Of a stretch of 64,000 nt of DNA, positions 39,296 through 51,700 are shown one piece after another. Within the stretch, counting starts at the first letter, position 1, and every line of letters begins with the position of its first letter. The DNA comes from an uncultured Planctomycetia bacterium (GTDB lineage: Bacteria > Omnitrophota > Gorgyraeia > Duberdicusellales > 4484-171): positions 524,878-588,877 of the forward strand of contig CAZVQU010000002.1 in assembly GCA_964629655.1 (NCBI GenBank). The letters are read 5' to 3'. Under the pieces are notes generated by a model. The model did no database searches, was not told the origin of the DNA, and saw only the letters and a list, made by a program, of their open reading frames with translations. The translations under genes were made by a program, and so were the position numbers.

Positions 39296-40347
39296 AATAT
39301 CCTTCTTTTAGGGTCTAATATATCCCTTAAACTATCTCCCAACATATTAAAACAAACAACCGTAACTACGATAAATAAACCGGGGACTAAAATCCAGGGA
39401 AAGAGACGAATATTTACTATACCCATGGCTGAACTTAGTAGGTTTCCCCAGCTTGCTTCCGGCTCCTGGATTCCTAAACCAATAAGGCTTAAGCCAGCCT
39501 CACCTAAGATGTAAGCCGGTATACGCAAGACTATGGCTACCAGGGCATAAGAAAGAGTATGAGGAAGGATATGACGAATGATTATTTTAAAATGGCTAAG
39601 ACCGATTGCTTTGGCAGCATAAACATATTCATTCTCACGCAAGGATATAGCCATACCGCGGATAATACGAGCTGTAGCAGCCCAGCCGATAAAGGAGAGA
39701 ATAACTATAATTAAAAGATAGACTTGAGTCGAAGTTAAATTAGGGGGAAATGATGCCCGCAGAGCCAGCATAAGATAAAAAGAAGGAATCATCATTACCA
39801 TCTCACAAATCCGCATAGTAAAGTTATCTACCCTTCCGCCAAAGTATCCCGATAAGCCTCCGATGATTAAACCGATGAATAAAGATATGGCAGCACCGAT
39901 TAATCCTATCGAGAGTGAGATCCTTCCCCCATAGAGAATACGAGTGAAGATATCTCTTCCCTTTAAATCTGCTCCTAAAAGATATATTTTGCCTTTGCCC
40001 ACACCGAATAGATGTCGGTCAGTCTCCCAGAACCCTAAAAGCTTATACTTAAAGCCTTTGGTGAAGAATTTAATCGGGTAGATCTTACTCTTATCTTCCT
40101 GATAAACTCTCTGGTAGTACTGATTACTCTTATAGGTCTGTCGATAAATGAACGGTCCGAATTGTCTCTTCTCAAGGTTTAGAAAATGTATCTTTGTCGG
40201 CGGTGCATAGGAGTGCAAGACGTCGTCGTCATCGTAAGGATAAGGAGCAAAGAAAGGGGCAAAAATTACTGAAAAATAAAGCAAAACCAAGACAAATAGG
40301 GCTATCCGGCCTATTTTATTCTTGATAATTTCTTTTAAGATTCTCAT
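39292..40347 (-). CDS. Oligopeptide ABC permease (OppC-like)
   Basis: LGADLKGRD, GGRISL, EYVYAAKAIG, GDSLRDILDP. Confidence 0.9.
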   Translation of the reverse strand: MRILKEIIKNKIGRIALFVLVLLYFSVIFAPFFAPYPYDDDDVLHSYAPPTKIHFLNLEKRQFGPFIYRQTYKSNQYYQRVYQEDKSKIYPIKFFTKGFKYKLLGFWETDRHLFGVGKGKIYLLGADLKGRDIFTRILYGGRISLSIGLIGAAISLFIGLIIGGLSGYFGGRVDNFTMRICEMVMMIPSFYLMLALRASFPPNLTSTQVYLLIIVILSFIGWAATARIIRGMAISLRENEYVYAAKAIGLSHFKIIIRHILPHTLSYALVAIVLRIPAYILGEAGLSLIGLGIQEPEASWGNLLSSAMGIVNIRLFPWILVPGLFIVVTVVCFNMLGDSLRDILDPKRRIL

Positions 40348-40350
40348 AGT

Positions 40351-41328
40351 TTAAGTCTTCTCGTATCTTATTCTCGGGTCAAAGTAAGCAAGAAGAATAT
40401 CAGCAACTAAATTACCTAAGATAAGCAAAGCTCCTCCGGCTAAAACTGAGCCCATAACTAAATATATATCTTGGGAACGCACAGCCTCCAAAGTTACTAC
40501 CCCTAAACCCGGCCAGCCAATAATAATCTCAACTAAGGCAGCTCCGCTTAAAAGAGCAGAAAATTGATAACCAAAAATAGTAATCATCGGATTTAAAGCA
40601 TTCTTTAAAGCATGAACATAAAGAATTCTCACCTTTGGAAGCCCTCTGGCTTTTGCTCCTAGGATATAAGGAGAACCTAAGACCTCTAGGAGATTTGCTC
40701 TCATTATTCTCTGGAGGACACAAATACTTCCCAATGAGAGAACTAAGGTAGGAATGATTAAGTGCTTTCCAATATCAATTATCTTACCGAGAAGGCTAAA
40801 TTCCTCAAATCTTATCGAGCGCATCCCTCCTAAAGGAAGCCAACCGGTAAAAGTAGCCAGATAAAGAAATATAAAGGCCAAGAAAAAAGAAGGGGCAGAT
40901 ATACCCAAATAAGAAGTAAACGATAAGAATCGATCAGTGAATTTATTTCGCTTTAGGGCAGCGATTACCCCTAAAGGAATAACAAATATCCAGGTAAAGA
41001 TAAGTGATGATAATGAAAGTATAAAGGTGTTAAAGAGGCGGGATGAAACAACATCAAAGACTTTAGCCTTAAAAGAAAACGAATAGCCAAAATCTCCTTT
41101 TAGGATATTTCTTAGCCATACGAAGTATTGAACCATAAGAGGCTTATCAAGATGAAACTTTTGCTCATATAGCTGGATAGCTTCTTGGGAAACCTGGGGA
41201 TTAAGCCTTAATTTGTCTAGGAAATCTCCGGGGGCAATCTGGATAAAAAGGAATGTAAGGAAGGTTATCCCTAAGAGTAAGGGCAAGGAAAAAATTAGTC
41301 TTTTTAAGATAAAACGGCCCATAGACAA
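40351..41328 (-). CDS. Oligopeptide ABC permease (OppB-like)
   Basis: LDKPL..QY, GDFGYS, AKARGL, HALKNAL, WPGLG, DPRIR. Confidence 0.9.
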   Translation of the reverse strand: MSMGRFILKRLIFSLPLLLGITFLTFLFIQIAPGDFLDKLRLNPQVSQEAIQLYEQKFHLDKPLMVQYFVWLRNILKGDFGYSFSFKAKVFDVVSSRLFNTFILSLSSLIFTWIFVIPLGVIAALKRNKFTDRFLSFTSYLGISAPSFFLAFIFLYLATFTGWLPLGGMRSIRFEEFSLLGKIIDIGKHLIIPTLVLSLGSICVLQRIMRANLLEVLGSPYILGAKARGLPKVRILYVHALKNALNPMITIFGYQFSALLSGAALVEIIIGWPGLGVVTLEAVRSQDIYLVMGSVLAGGALLILGNLVADILLAYFDPRIRYEKT

Positions 41329-41375
41329 TGACTGGGAAGAGCCCCCTTGGCTAAAGCTTCGAAGATAAAAAGCGT

Positions 41376-41675
41376 TTACACAACCATTGCCAGAGGGAAA
41401 ATCGCCGGTTTATGAAACCTTATTCCTGCTTGCCACTCATCAGGAGTTTTACCACACCAGCGTACAATCCCTTTTAACAACAAAGGTTTATCAGTATTAG
41501 TGCAAAGGTCTATACGTAAATGGGTACCTTCGGGTAAGGCTTCAGCGCTAGTTAACCCGGCTCCGGCTGCACCTATGTCATGACATTTAATTCCCATAGG
41601 CGTATTGGTGTTGCCGACACACGAGCCTAGCAAAGCACAGGAATACCTCTCAAATGTTCTTTTCTCTCTAACCAT
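41376..41675 (-). CDS. Stand-alone PilZ domain protein
   Basis: RTFER, DIGAAG, GIVRW, AGIRF. Confidence 0.78.
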   Translation of the reverse strand: MVREKRTFERYSCALLGSCVGNTNTPMGIKCHDIGAAGAGLTSAEALPEGTHLRIDLCTNTDKPLLLKGIVRWCGKTPDEWQAGIRFHKPAIFPLAMVV

Positions 41676-41727
41676 TAAATACCACCTTTTTCATTCTATC
41701 ACAGTTCATATTTTTTTTCTACCATTA

Positions 41728-42126
41728 TTAGCTATCTTGCCACCAAATTTCCTTTCTTAGCTGATCACCAAAGTTGCTATCGAGATATGAAAGGATTCTT
41801 ACCCTATCCATGTCCCTTATTTTTGTAAATATAATACCGCTATAAGGGATATCTTCTGTCCTCTTCGCCCAAACTACCTTACCTAAAGCATCAATCTCAC
41901 TGGGTTCACCAGGAATATTAATAATTAACTTTACCTCCTCTCCAACCAGTGGGATGCTTGGCGAGCTTATCATAATCCCTTTTAAACTTAAATCCAGTAT
42001 TTTTGCTTCCCAAACCTTATTAGAAGTTGGAAAGGTATAGTCTAGAGGTATATCCACTCCCCAACGATACCCCATTCTTGTTTGATCCCTTCTTTCTTCT
42101 CTTCTCTCTTGTTTCATCTCTCTCAC
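41728..42126 (-). CDS. Stand-alone PilZ domain protein; GTG start overlaps the giant-ORF stop
   Basis: RMGYR, DLSLKG, GKVVW, GIIF. Confidence 0.82.
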   Translation of the reverse strand: MREMKQERREERRDQTRMGYRWGVDIPLDYTFPTSNKVWEAKILDLSLKGIMISSPSIPLVGEEVKLIINIPGEPSEIDALGKVVWAKRTEDIPYSGIIFTKIRDMDRVRILSYLDSNFGDQLRKEIWWQDS

Positions 42127-42734
42127 TCCTCTTCAAAAGTATCCCCGCTTTCCGAGTCAGGCCTAAAGAAAGGATCTGATTTTACCATTTTCGCTAGCAA
42201 GATCCACAATGATAACGGAAAACACAAAAGCCCTATCCAAGAATATACTTCGGGCACGGAAAAAGCCTGTAATAAAATATTATCTTGTGTTGTCTGAACA
42301 AATAGATCAATTTGACCTCCAATAAGCAATTCCGTAATAAGTATACTTAAGAGGGCAGCTGCAGGAAATATAGCTGCAGTTTCTAAAGCAATTCTTATTG
42401 CTCGCGTCTTTACGACATGCTTGATAGTTATGAAAATCGCTATGCCTAGAACAAATCCAACTGTTGCAATAATAATAGTCGTGCTACCTGAAGAACCAAA
42501 TTTAGATATCGTATGGTGTATATTTGAAATATGGAATGTCTGCCCTAAAGAAATATGAGGGTCGGTTAAAAGATAGTTTAAAGGAGCGTATCGCTCGGAG
42601 TGGAGGCTTTTTTCAATTCCAAGCAGACCTCCAGGAATCCACTGCACAAAAAGAGAAATAGCGCTCAACGGGAGAACAAAACCCAAAAATTGTACAATAC
42701 GACTTATATTACGCTTTAAACTTACAAATGATGC
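42123..42734 (-). other. Giant-ORF C-terminal module: about four TM helices, degenerate lipoprotein signal peptidase (LspA)-like
   Basis: TM layout, and FHISNIHH…FG / GGQIDLF / AFSVPE resemble LspA N.G.AFG / G.V.DF / FNVAD. Confidence 0.45.
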
Positions 42735-45700
42735 CATCGGAGAGGCGGCGGTGGCTTCATTCCCCACCGGCGAGCTGCCCCGTCGAGACTTTGTGCGTAC
42801 TACATCCGGGCTATTCGCTTTACGGACAGAATAAATCGCTGTTGGCGCAGACTCAGTGTTGTTTTCGATATTGGCCAGATATGTCCTTCCTCGAAATATT
42901 TCGGCAGTCACATCCATTTTTCCTTTTAACCTAAGAATATCTTCAGCTGCATCTAACGAATCCCCAAAGGCAGAATTCCAAACCAAGGCAAGGCCATCTG
43001 GCTTAAGAAGTGTTGGAAGACCCTGGGCAAACCGCCTCAAAATGGCCCCGTCATAATCATTATCCTCCCACTCCTCAAGGCTCTGACGGACTCTAGGACC
43101 GTCTGGGTAATACGTTGGCATATTCCAAATAATCCGATCAAATTTTTTATTGAAGACAGGCGTTCCCTCTGCAGAAATAATATTGTCATGTATCTTAGCT
43201 TCTACTTTAAAACCCGCAAGTCTACCAGACGCTCTTGTATTCGCAACTTCAAAAGGATTAATGCCGACGGCATAAATCTTTCGTGCTGTCCGCAATGAAA
43301 CAAACCAGGCGTCAAGGCCGTTGCCTGAACCACCGACTAAAACATCATGATCTTTGCGGACATCAAGTTTTTGGTTGACCGCCCTTAGATACTCCCAGTC
43401 GCAAAGAGAGTTTGATCCCGGATGATAGACAGTAGGAAAAACAGGGAGAATAGCATGATGCATATGGGCAGGATCTACTTCATTCAGAATAGACCCCCTT
43501 TCAACCTCTAAGCCGAATTTACTGGTATAAAATGGGTTGATATAAGGAAATCGTTCTTTCTTCTCAACCGTTACATAGATATACGGAACCCAGCGCGGCC
43601 GACGTTCAATCGCTCCGACAATCCCCCTCCGTTCTTCATAGGCAATTAAAGCTTTGTCTGTTTTCTGTATAACCTCAATAAAAGCATTCCATTTTGCCAC
43701 AGCCTTGGGATCACCCAACTGAGGCACGTCAAAATAGTATTCGCTGAAGTCCAGGTAGTGCGGTTTTCGCATCTTCTGATCAACCTGATAGCTGGCAGGG
43801 AGGACCGGATAAATGGCAATAAGATAGCCACGGTTGTCATACACAAGCTCATGATCTGTCGTATCAAAAAGCTCATAGGGTAGGATCTCTAATCCCTTCG
43901 GGGCTTTGTCTTTTTCTTTCAATGCAGGAACACGAATTCTATGAATTCTAAGACCATTCTCTTTTGTTGTGGAGATAAGCAGGGATTTATGAAGCTCCAA
44001 AACAGACAAGATATCCCAAGCAGGCATCCTTTTGACTTTTCCTGCAGCAGATTTATTCGAGCCTAAGGATGATCTCGATTGCTTCGACTCCACCGGCGAG
44101 CTGGACTGTACTTCCAATTTTGTTGGTTCTCTTTGAACATTGATTCTTGTGTCAAATTCTTCCGAAATCAGAAAAGTTTCATTAGCTGAAGAAACAATCA
44201 CAGATACTATTTTTTCAGTAATGTCGCTCATTTCTGGATGCTGCAGAACATTATAAATAATAGTTTCTATGCCCGGCCAGAAATCTTTCCCCACGAATTT
44301 CAAATCATGCCGTTTGAGCGCTGCTTCTAAGGTGTCAACGATAGTTTGTTTGCTTAGATCTAAAACCTCGATCAGAACTTCTTTTTTTAACTCTTCGAAT
44401 TTTTTTCTCAACTCTTCATCTTGACCTTTCGAAGCTATCAATTGTTCACTCAACCTTCTGCCGATAAATATGAACGGTGTAGTTTCTCTCGAAATAGATA
44501 AATCGCCCTTAACATAGAACCAATGCCACTCTTCTTGATCCGGTAAGCCATAAATATGCCTAGCAAGATCTTGGTTGGATAATGCATTAAATGCTGCCGT
44601 GGGTAGAATGACTATGTAGCCCCCGTTGTCAACATCTGTATAAACCTGAATATCTTCCGCCTCATTACCAATCCACATAGACTTATCATCTCCGGGAGGA
44701 GCAAACTTGCTACGCAAAATAGAAGTCATAAAATCATCTCCTTTAGCAAATCTTGCTAAAACGAGATTCTCTTCTGGGTCTTGACGAACATAGCAAGAAC
44801 CTGGGTAAGGCACGTTTGCAATTGGCTCCCTTCTTGTTCTAGACCGTATAAAATCAAATAATCTCATCGCTTCTTCTCTTGTAAGAGCAGGCTTTAACGC
44901 ATCTACAAACGCCTGCTCAAAAGCATCCCCGCCTTTGATATAGCTTAGGGAAGCTAACCTTTTTGCCGCATTCCATAACTCCTGTAATATTACCTTTTCT
45001 ACTCCCAACGGCGAGCTGGTTTGTAGACTGGTTGTTGTTGTATTTTTTTGCTGACCCAGCACCGAGCTGTCCCGGATTGAATCATCATTTTGAAGCCTTC
45101 TCTCAACCTCCGAGAATAACTTTCTGTAAAAACCATCACTACAAACCAATGTCTCTACATGTCCAAGACCACTCCCAATAAAGCTCATTTCAGCAGCTGC
45201 CGCAGGATACCAGTACTTTTTAACTATTTCGCTTGCTATGCATACTATAGTAGATTTTCCTATGCCATACCCTAAATGAGCAGTAGCGGTATCTACACTA
45301 ATAATAATCGTACTAAAATACATCCAGTATTTGAGAAATTTCTCTTGTCCATTTCTTAACATTGATCCCGAAGGTAAAAGAAACACCCAATCTCTGAACT
45401 CTCTGCCCAGATAACGATAGAAATCATCATAAGAATAAAATCTACCATCCAAACTCTCTATCGTTAAAGCAGTTTTCATTCCAAAGTTTTCTGCTAAAAA
45501 CCTTGCTATTCTTACACTACTTTTCCAATCCAGACTACGAGCCTTACTTTTTGACCTGCCATTAATAAAAATAAAATCTTCGCCTATTCCAATACCTATG
45601 TTTTCCAATTCTCTTCTGGCCACAATGCTTTCTTTGCTACCGTGATTAATAAATAAAGAATTGGAAGGATAGCCCATTAAGGATAACCCTAATTCATGAC

Positions 45701-48700
45701 CCAGATTGAAATCACGATAATACTGACAGTGCCTTATGCTTGCATTCTTACCACTCAATTCCCATATATGTCTATAATTTCTGGCAAGGCCTGGCGGAAG
45801 TAACAAATCCTCATGACTTAAAATAGCTAAATCAAATTCAGCCATCCCATTAATAGCTCTTATTGTATTATCCCAATTACATTTCCCGTTATCTTTTAAT
45901 ACAGGCAGAGGGATAAACATTTCTCCCTGTTTTTCCCAAATAAAGGGATTTCTGGTAACCATAGTTATCCTTGCATGAGGATACGCTACTAAAAACTGTG
46001 CTGACAAAGGTCCATTGAATATAATCTCATCACCGATATGTCTTTCGGGCATGAAGAATAGCACTTTATTTAATTCTCCATACCTTTCCCGCATAATTAC
46101 GCGTAATCGTTCAATACTCCTTCCGCTCATCACCGACGAGCTAGATTTTGTACTGCCTATCAATAATAATTTCGTGATTCCTAAGTCAGCTTTGACAACT
46201 TCTAGTTGGATCTTGGATAATCTAAACTTTTCATAAAAAATCTTACCCCAGAGCATCTGCTTCATAATATCTTGAGATAGTGGATGTTTAAGCAAAAGTG
46301 GGCATAAATTTTTTAGTAATTCCTCTATAAGTGTAGTCTGTGCAAGTCCAAGGCTAATCTGTCCTTTATCATCTTTCAAATAATTGTATTCATCCCTGTA
46401 AAAAGTTAACCACCTTCCTAATTTTATATCCTCTTGACTAAAATTTGGTGAAAGCTTAGTGAATTCTTCTGCTAAGGTAATTATCGATCTAATCTCTTCA
46501 ATGAATGCTTTAACTTTAATATTAAAAGGGAGTTCTTCAAACCGTTCGCCTATCCGTAAACATATAGCTGAAAGCATGCCTCTTTCTTTTAAAAGGATAA
46601 AATTAACCAGGTCGATCCATAAAGCACCCTCGTCATCAACATGACCAACCATAAATACCCCTTTTCTTCTTTCGCCTGTCTGCATATCTTTCAAGAAAAA
46701 GATCCAGCGAGTACAAATCCGTTCATCTTGCCATTCCCGTAAAATATTTTTCTTATGTCTATTGATTTGTTCTTTCGATAACTCTCTTTCTTTGTTTGTT
46801 TCTAAATCAATTTCCTCTAACTTAGTATGAACAACCATTTCATCGCTTAGCTCTTCTAAGCTCGTAGAAAATTCCAATTGAAATTTCTTACCATCTTTTG
46901 CAGTAATGATCTCTTTATCCATCCCTCTAACAGCCATAAGAATAGTTTCGGTACACTTTGGTAAAGTTAACTGCATAAGACAGTCGATAATACTTATTTT
47001 TGAACGGATTTCTTGCTCAGGATAGATGCTATATCGGCCCACCATTTGTTCAGGCGATAATCTTGCCTCTCGATCTGCCTCTATCCCATTTAGCTCTTTT
47101 TGCCAAATTTGTCTACAATCTTCTAAAAATTTATTTACCTCTCTTCCATCATTCACTTTAAGAAAGTTTTCCAATAGCCAATCAAATGAATCCTGGAATA
47201 AACTGAGTGTCTCTAACTCCTGCTCAATAAACCTCGCTACGAAAACAACTCTGCTTTCATTCCATATTACTTCTCTCAATTTTGTTTTCATGATCCCTAT
47301 TTCTTTATCAGTGATATGTCCCTCAATGGCACTGACTAACCGTTTGTCTAGACATCCTAGGGGATTTAGAAAACGTACATATTCTGCAACAATATCGGAA
47401 TCTATCCTAACCTGAACGCTAAATAATGTGGGAACATTGATATGCACTAATGGCGACCGGTTTTGTAAATCCGCTATCAATTGTCTCATTTCAATTTCAG
47501 TCATAGATGCCTCTTCTAAATCCTCTACTAAATTAATACAATCTTCTTGCGCAGGAAGTAGAAGCACCTTTTGAGCCTCACTGCTATCTTGCAATGCTTC
47601 AGGTGTAACTTCATCAATCAGCCCCCACTCTACGTATTTATCTAATTGCTTAACGCTTAATGTACGTGGTAAAGTCAAATTTTCTATAATTTTACTTCGC
47701 AGTGTCTTTTTGGCTTTTTGTTCACTAACTTCTGCCACCGACGAGCTGGTTTTCGCAGATTTACACACAGGTAAATCGCAGCGAACGGACTTTCCGGATA
47801 AATTATTAATCGCTTCTAAATATTCATTAAGTAAGTCTCCATTTTGAGAATCATTATCGCGCCAAACAGAAAGTTGTTCCTTAGTAAAAGAGTGTATGGA
47901 TTTTCTTTCAATATCCACAGATACTGCTTCTTTTAATATAGGGGCATTCTTCCCTACAACCGAAATACCTCCTAAGACTTCTTGAGTTAATCCATAATCT
48001 TTGCTAAACTTCTCAGCAAAACTACTCCTAATCTGCCTAAACAATTTGGCAATATTCCTAGTGAATTCTCCACATAAAACAAACATAGCATCAATGTCTG
48101 AATCTATAGCACATGTAGTTTTAACAGTTGAACCGAACATAAAAGACTTGTTCTTATCAACCGAGGTAGGAACCATCTGTTCAAATTTTCTCAAAATTGC
48201 AATCACTGCAATAACATTGCGTAAAACCTCTCTGCTTTGGCCCCATTGTAGTTTTGTACCCCACCGATAGCCCCCCTTATACTGTATAGTGTAATAAGTT
48301 GCCGGGAACTGATACAATGACGAGAGTAATCTGGCTTCTAGCCCAAAATCAAAAGTTTCTGAAAGACTTCTTCCTTTTACCTTAACCGATGAGCTGGAAA
48401 GGTCTCCAACAATTCTAGCTGATGGTTGTTGCTCCATCCGCAGATCATTAATGCGCTGACTCTTTGAGGACTCATCCGATGGCAGGGTTATTGTAAATGT
48501 TGTTCCTCTATCCTTTTGACTGGCAACATCTATTGCCCCGCCATGTTTTTCAATAATACCTTGCACAATCGACAACCCTAAGCCGGTTCCTTTATGTTTT
48601 TTTGTGGTAAAGAACTTTTGAAACAACCTTTTCTGCACTGACTTTTCGATCCCGCTACCATTATCGCTAAAGGTTATTCTGATGCTTGCCTCTATTTTTT

Positions 48701-51700
48701 TAACCGCAATGGATATTTCTGGATTATTATTGCCTTCCAAGGCATCAATAGCATTGCTGATAAGATTTAAGAAAATAGAAAATATATCATTTCTGACAGA
48801 ATATATCCATATATTAGAAGCGATATTAATCTCTACTTGCATATTATCTTCTTTCACTTTATGCCCAAACAACTTGGCTATGGTATTAATCTCCTCCATT
48901 AAATTAAAAGATTCCTTTTTAGGAGCTTTGCCGTTAGCACAGCGAATTAGATCAGCAAGTATCCTCTTTATCCTGTACAACCTACTTACCGTAACACGAA
49001 CTAACTCATCGCAACATTTAATAATATCTTTTCCGTCTTCTTCATCGCAGGTCATTTGCGCTAATTGCATTGTTTCTGACATGGATGATAAAGCATTCTT
49101 AATATCATGAGCTGCGGTTAGCGCAGGATCTCTTATGACAACGGGAATCCCTTTTCCTTTAGTAGTAAGCCATTCTTGAACAATTTTATTGGTGTCGCTT
49201 ACAGCAGCAGTTATATGACTAAAGTGAGCTTCTGCCCCAACAAGAGTAATCTGGCCTGCCTCTATATCCTTTTCTAAAGCGCTTATAGGCCTGCCTATTC
49301 TCATCGTATGCCTCTTTAGCATCTTTACTGAGCTAAGCACCCACTCTTTAGCCACCTTTGACGAGCTAACCCCAACAGCTGAAGAAATCGAAGAACTACC
49401 CCCAGCCGCTATCCTTATTGCTTTACTTATAATCCTATTGGCCCCATCTATATCCTCTGTGGCTTTCTGTACAGCGCTAGAGCTTTGTCTTGAATCGTGC
49501 CCACGTCTTTTATCAACTAAAGATACATACGAGATGGTATGCCCTTCGGGAGGATAGGGATGCGGAAAGCCTAATTTTCCAAAAGCAACACCTTCCTTGA
49601 TGTCCCTCTGCCAATATAGCTGATCCTCTGGCAACCCCAAGAATTCCTCTTCAAACTCATAGATAAAACTCGTAGCCGCACTAACATAATAGTCATATAG
49701 CCACTGCGGGGTATAGCGTAGATTAGCAATGCCAAAAAGCTTATCTCTGAGCCTGGTCAAGACTCGTAAATTCTGAGGATATTTATCGGAAATCTGGCTG
49801 TAGTCAAAAAGGACAACTTCACCCATTAGGTTACGGCCGTAGTTAAACAGGTAGAAATCACTGTTAAAAACCCCTCTGCGCCACTCTGCTAAAATCGCTT
49901 CGAAGTACGCATCAATAAGCCTTTCGCCTTCTTCTGGAGAAACTAGGTATAAAAGACCTGCGCTCGTTTCGTCGGCATCGCCCAATACCTCAACAAATTC
50001 TTGGATTACCCTATTCCCGTGAATAAATATCTTGGCGCCGACACCATCCAGACGCTCTCGAGCAATTCTCAATTCATTCCTCGCCCAGATAGCAATGGAC
50101 TCGCCATCCATAAGCCACTTCTCCACAAGACAAGTACCACTGACCAAAAAGACCCTGTTAAAAACTGAGCCGCTATTGCTTATCAACAGCCTGTTTTTAC
50201 GGCGTAGCGCCCTCTTCAGTAAAATCCGCTCAATCCCCCTTGCACTGTTTTCTGCTTGTACCGTTGAGCTGGACCTTACTTGTGTCTTGCATTTCTCCAA
50301 ATCATCAAGTTGACCGAATGTGTTATCCCGACGAACAGACTGTATACGCTTTAGATGAAAAATTACGTATCTTGTTACTATCCACAGGAAAAGTCTTGGT
50401 AGAAACGGGAGATAATAATAGTTTGTTTTTAACACTCCTTCATCTTTGTACATAAATAGTGGTGCATGCCAATCCTCAAAATCGTCAATTTCAATATCAA
50501 ATCCTTGTTTCTTAATTTGGTTTCTTAGAAAATCTACTTTTGGCCCAACAGCAAGCTGGTATGACGGTGCGTCTGTATATCCTTTTGCATTAGTCAGCAT
50601 TTTGGCGACTTTTAAAACTAACGCTATGGATAAAGAAAACCCTGATAAAACCAAACCAGGTATAAAACCGATAAACCAGACGTTTTCAAATTTGGCGGCG
50701 GCAAAAGCCATTAAGGAAGCAACGGATAATCCAATTAAAAAATAGTACAGTCCGCTTCTGAACAAAACCCTTGAGGATAGTAAATCCCTAGGTAATTCGG
50801 CCAAATCTTTCACCGGCGAGGCGGCAGTAACAGAAGTCTCAAGGGGTATTAGACTGGCGCGCTTAAGCGCTTCTAAATAGACGCCATGATATTCGGGCGA
50901 ATCAAAATCAAATGAACAATTATCTTTGCTGCTTGTCCATTTATAAAGCTGGCTCCCCAGAGGGTCTGAATATTGCTGAGTACTAAAACCAAGTATTTTT
51001 CCATCAGGCACTATATCTAAATGCGAAAATTCTGAAGCATTATCTTTGTATGGACGAATAAGCAACTCGCCATTGCTTTTAAGCTTTGTGGAAAGGACTT
51101 TTAGCTTTAAGGAATTGATAATCGGCCTATTTATCTTAGAACCAGAACCAATAACTACTATTTTATCAAAAGAGTTATTTGGAAAATGTTCAAACATATC
51201 ATTTACATCGGCCCGAATAGTTACTACATTCTTATTTTCCAAAGCTCTAGCCATTTTCTGTGTAGGTAATATTCCTCTTTCAAATTGTTCTGCAAACTGA
51301 TAATAAGGCGCGCTATAGATATCGCTGATAATAAAGGCCTTATTGGGATGTGCTTTTGCCAGTACCGCTTCAAAACAAGTTTCTCCACTTGCAACAAATA
51401 TAATCAGTTCATCCATTCGCTGGAGCAGTAGTGAAGCAGGATCTAGAAAATCCACCACTTTTGAAATTGCTCCAGCATCGTTACCTTGCTGCTCTAAATA
51501 TGCCTTTGTCCTAACAATAGGACTAGCCCCGCCATTTGCCGGGCTTAACGAACCCGGCGAGCTGGCCCCTCTGATACTCCCTACGCCATCAAAAGTAACT
51601 GCCCCGCTGACAAACTCATCGTTGAGATAACCCTCAAATCTCCAGGCTAACTCATTTTGAATAGTCCAGTCGTCAGCATTAGGATCATTGATAAGGCCGG

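Noticed and set aside
2194-40723. Short ORFs overlapping housekeeping genes (e.g. 2194-2769, 4679-4876, 24809-25258, 30397-30699)
   Set aside because: Antisense or alternative-frame shadows of well-supported genes.
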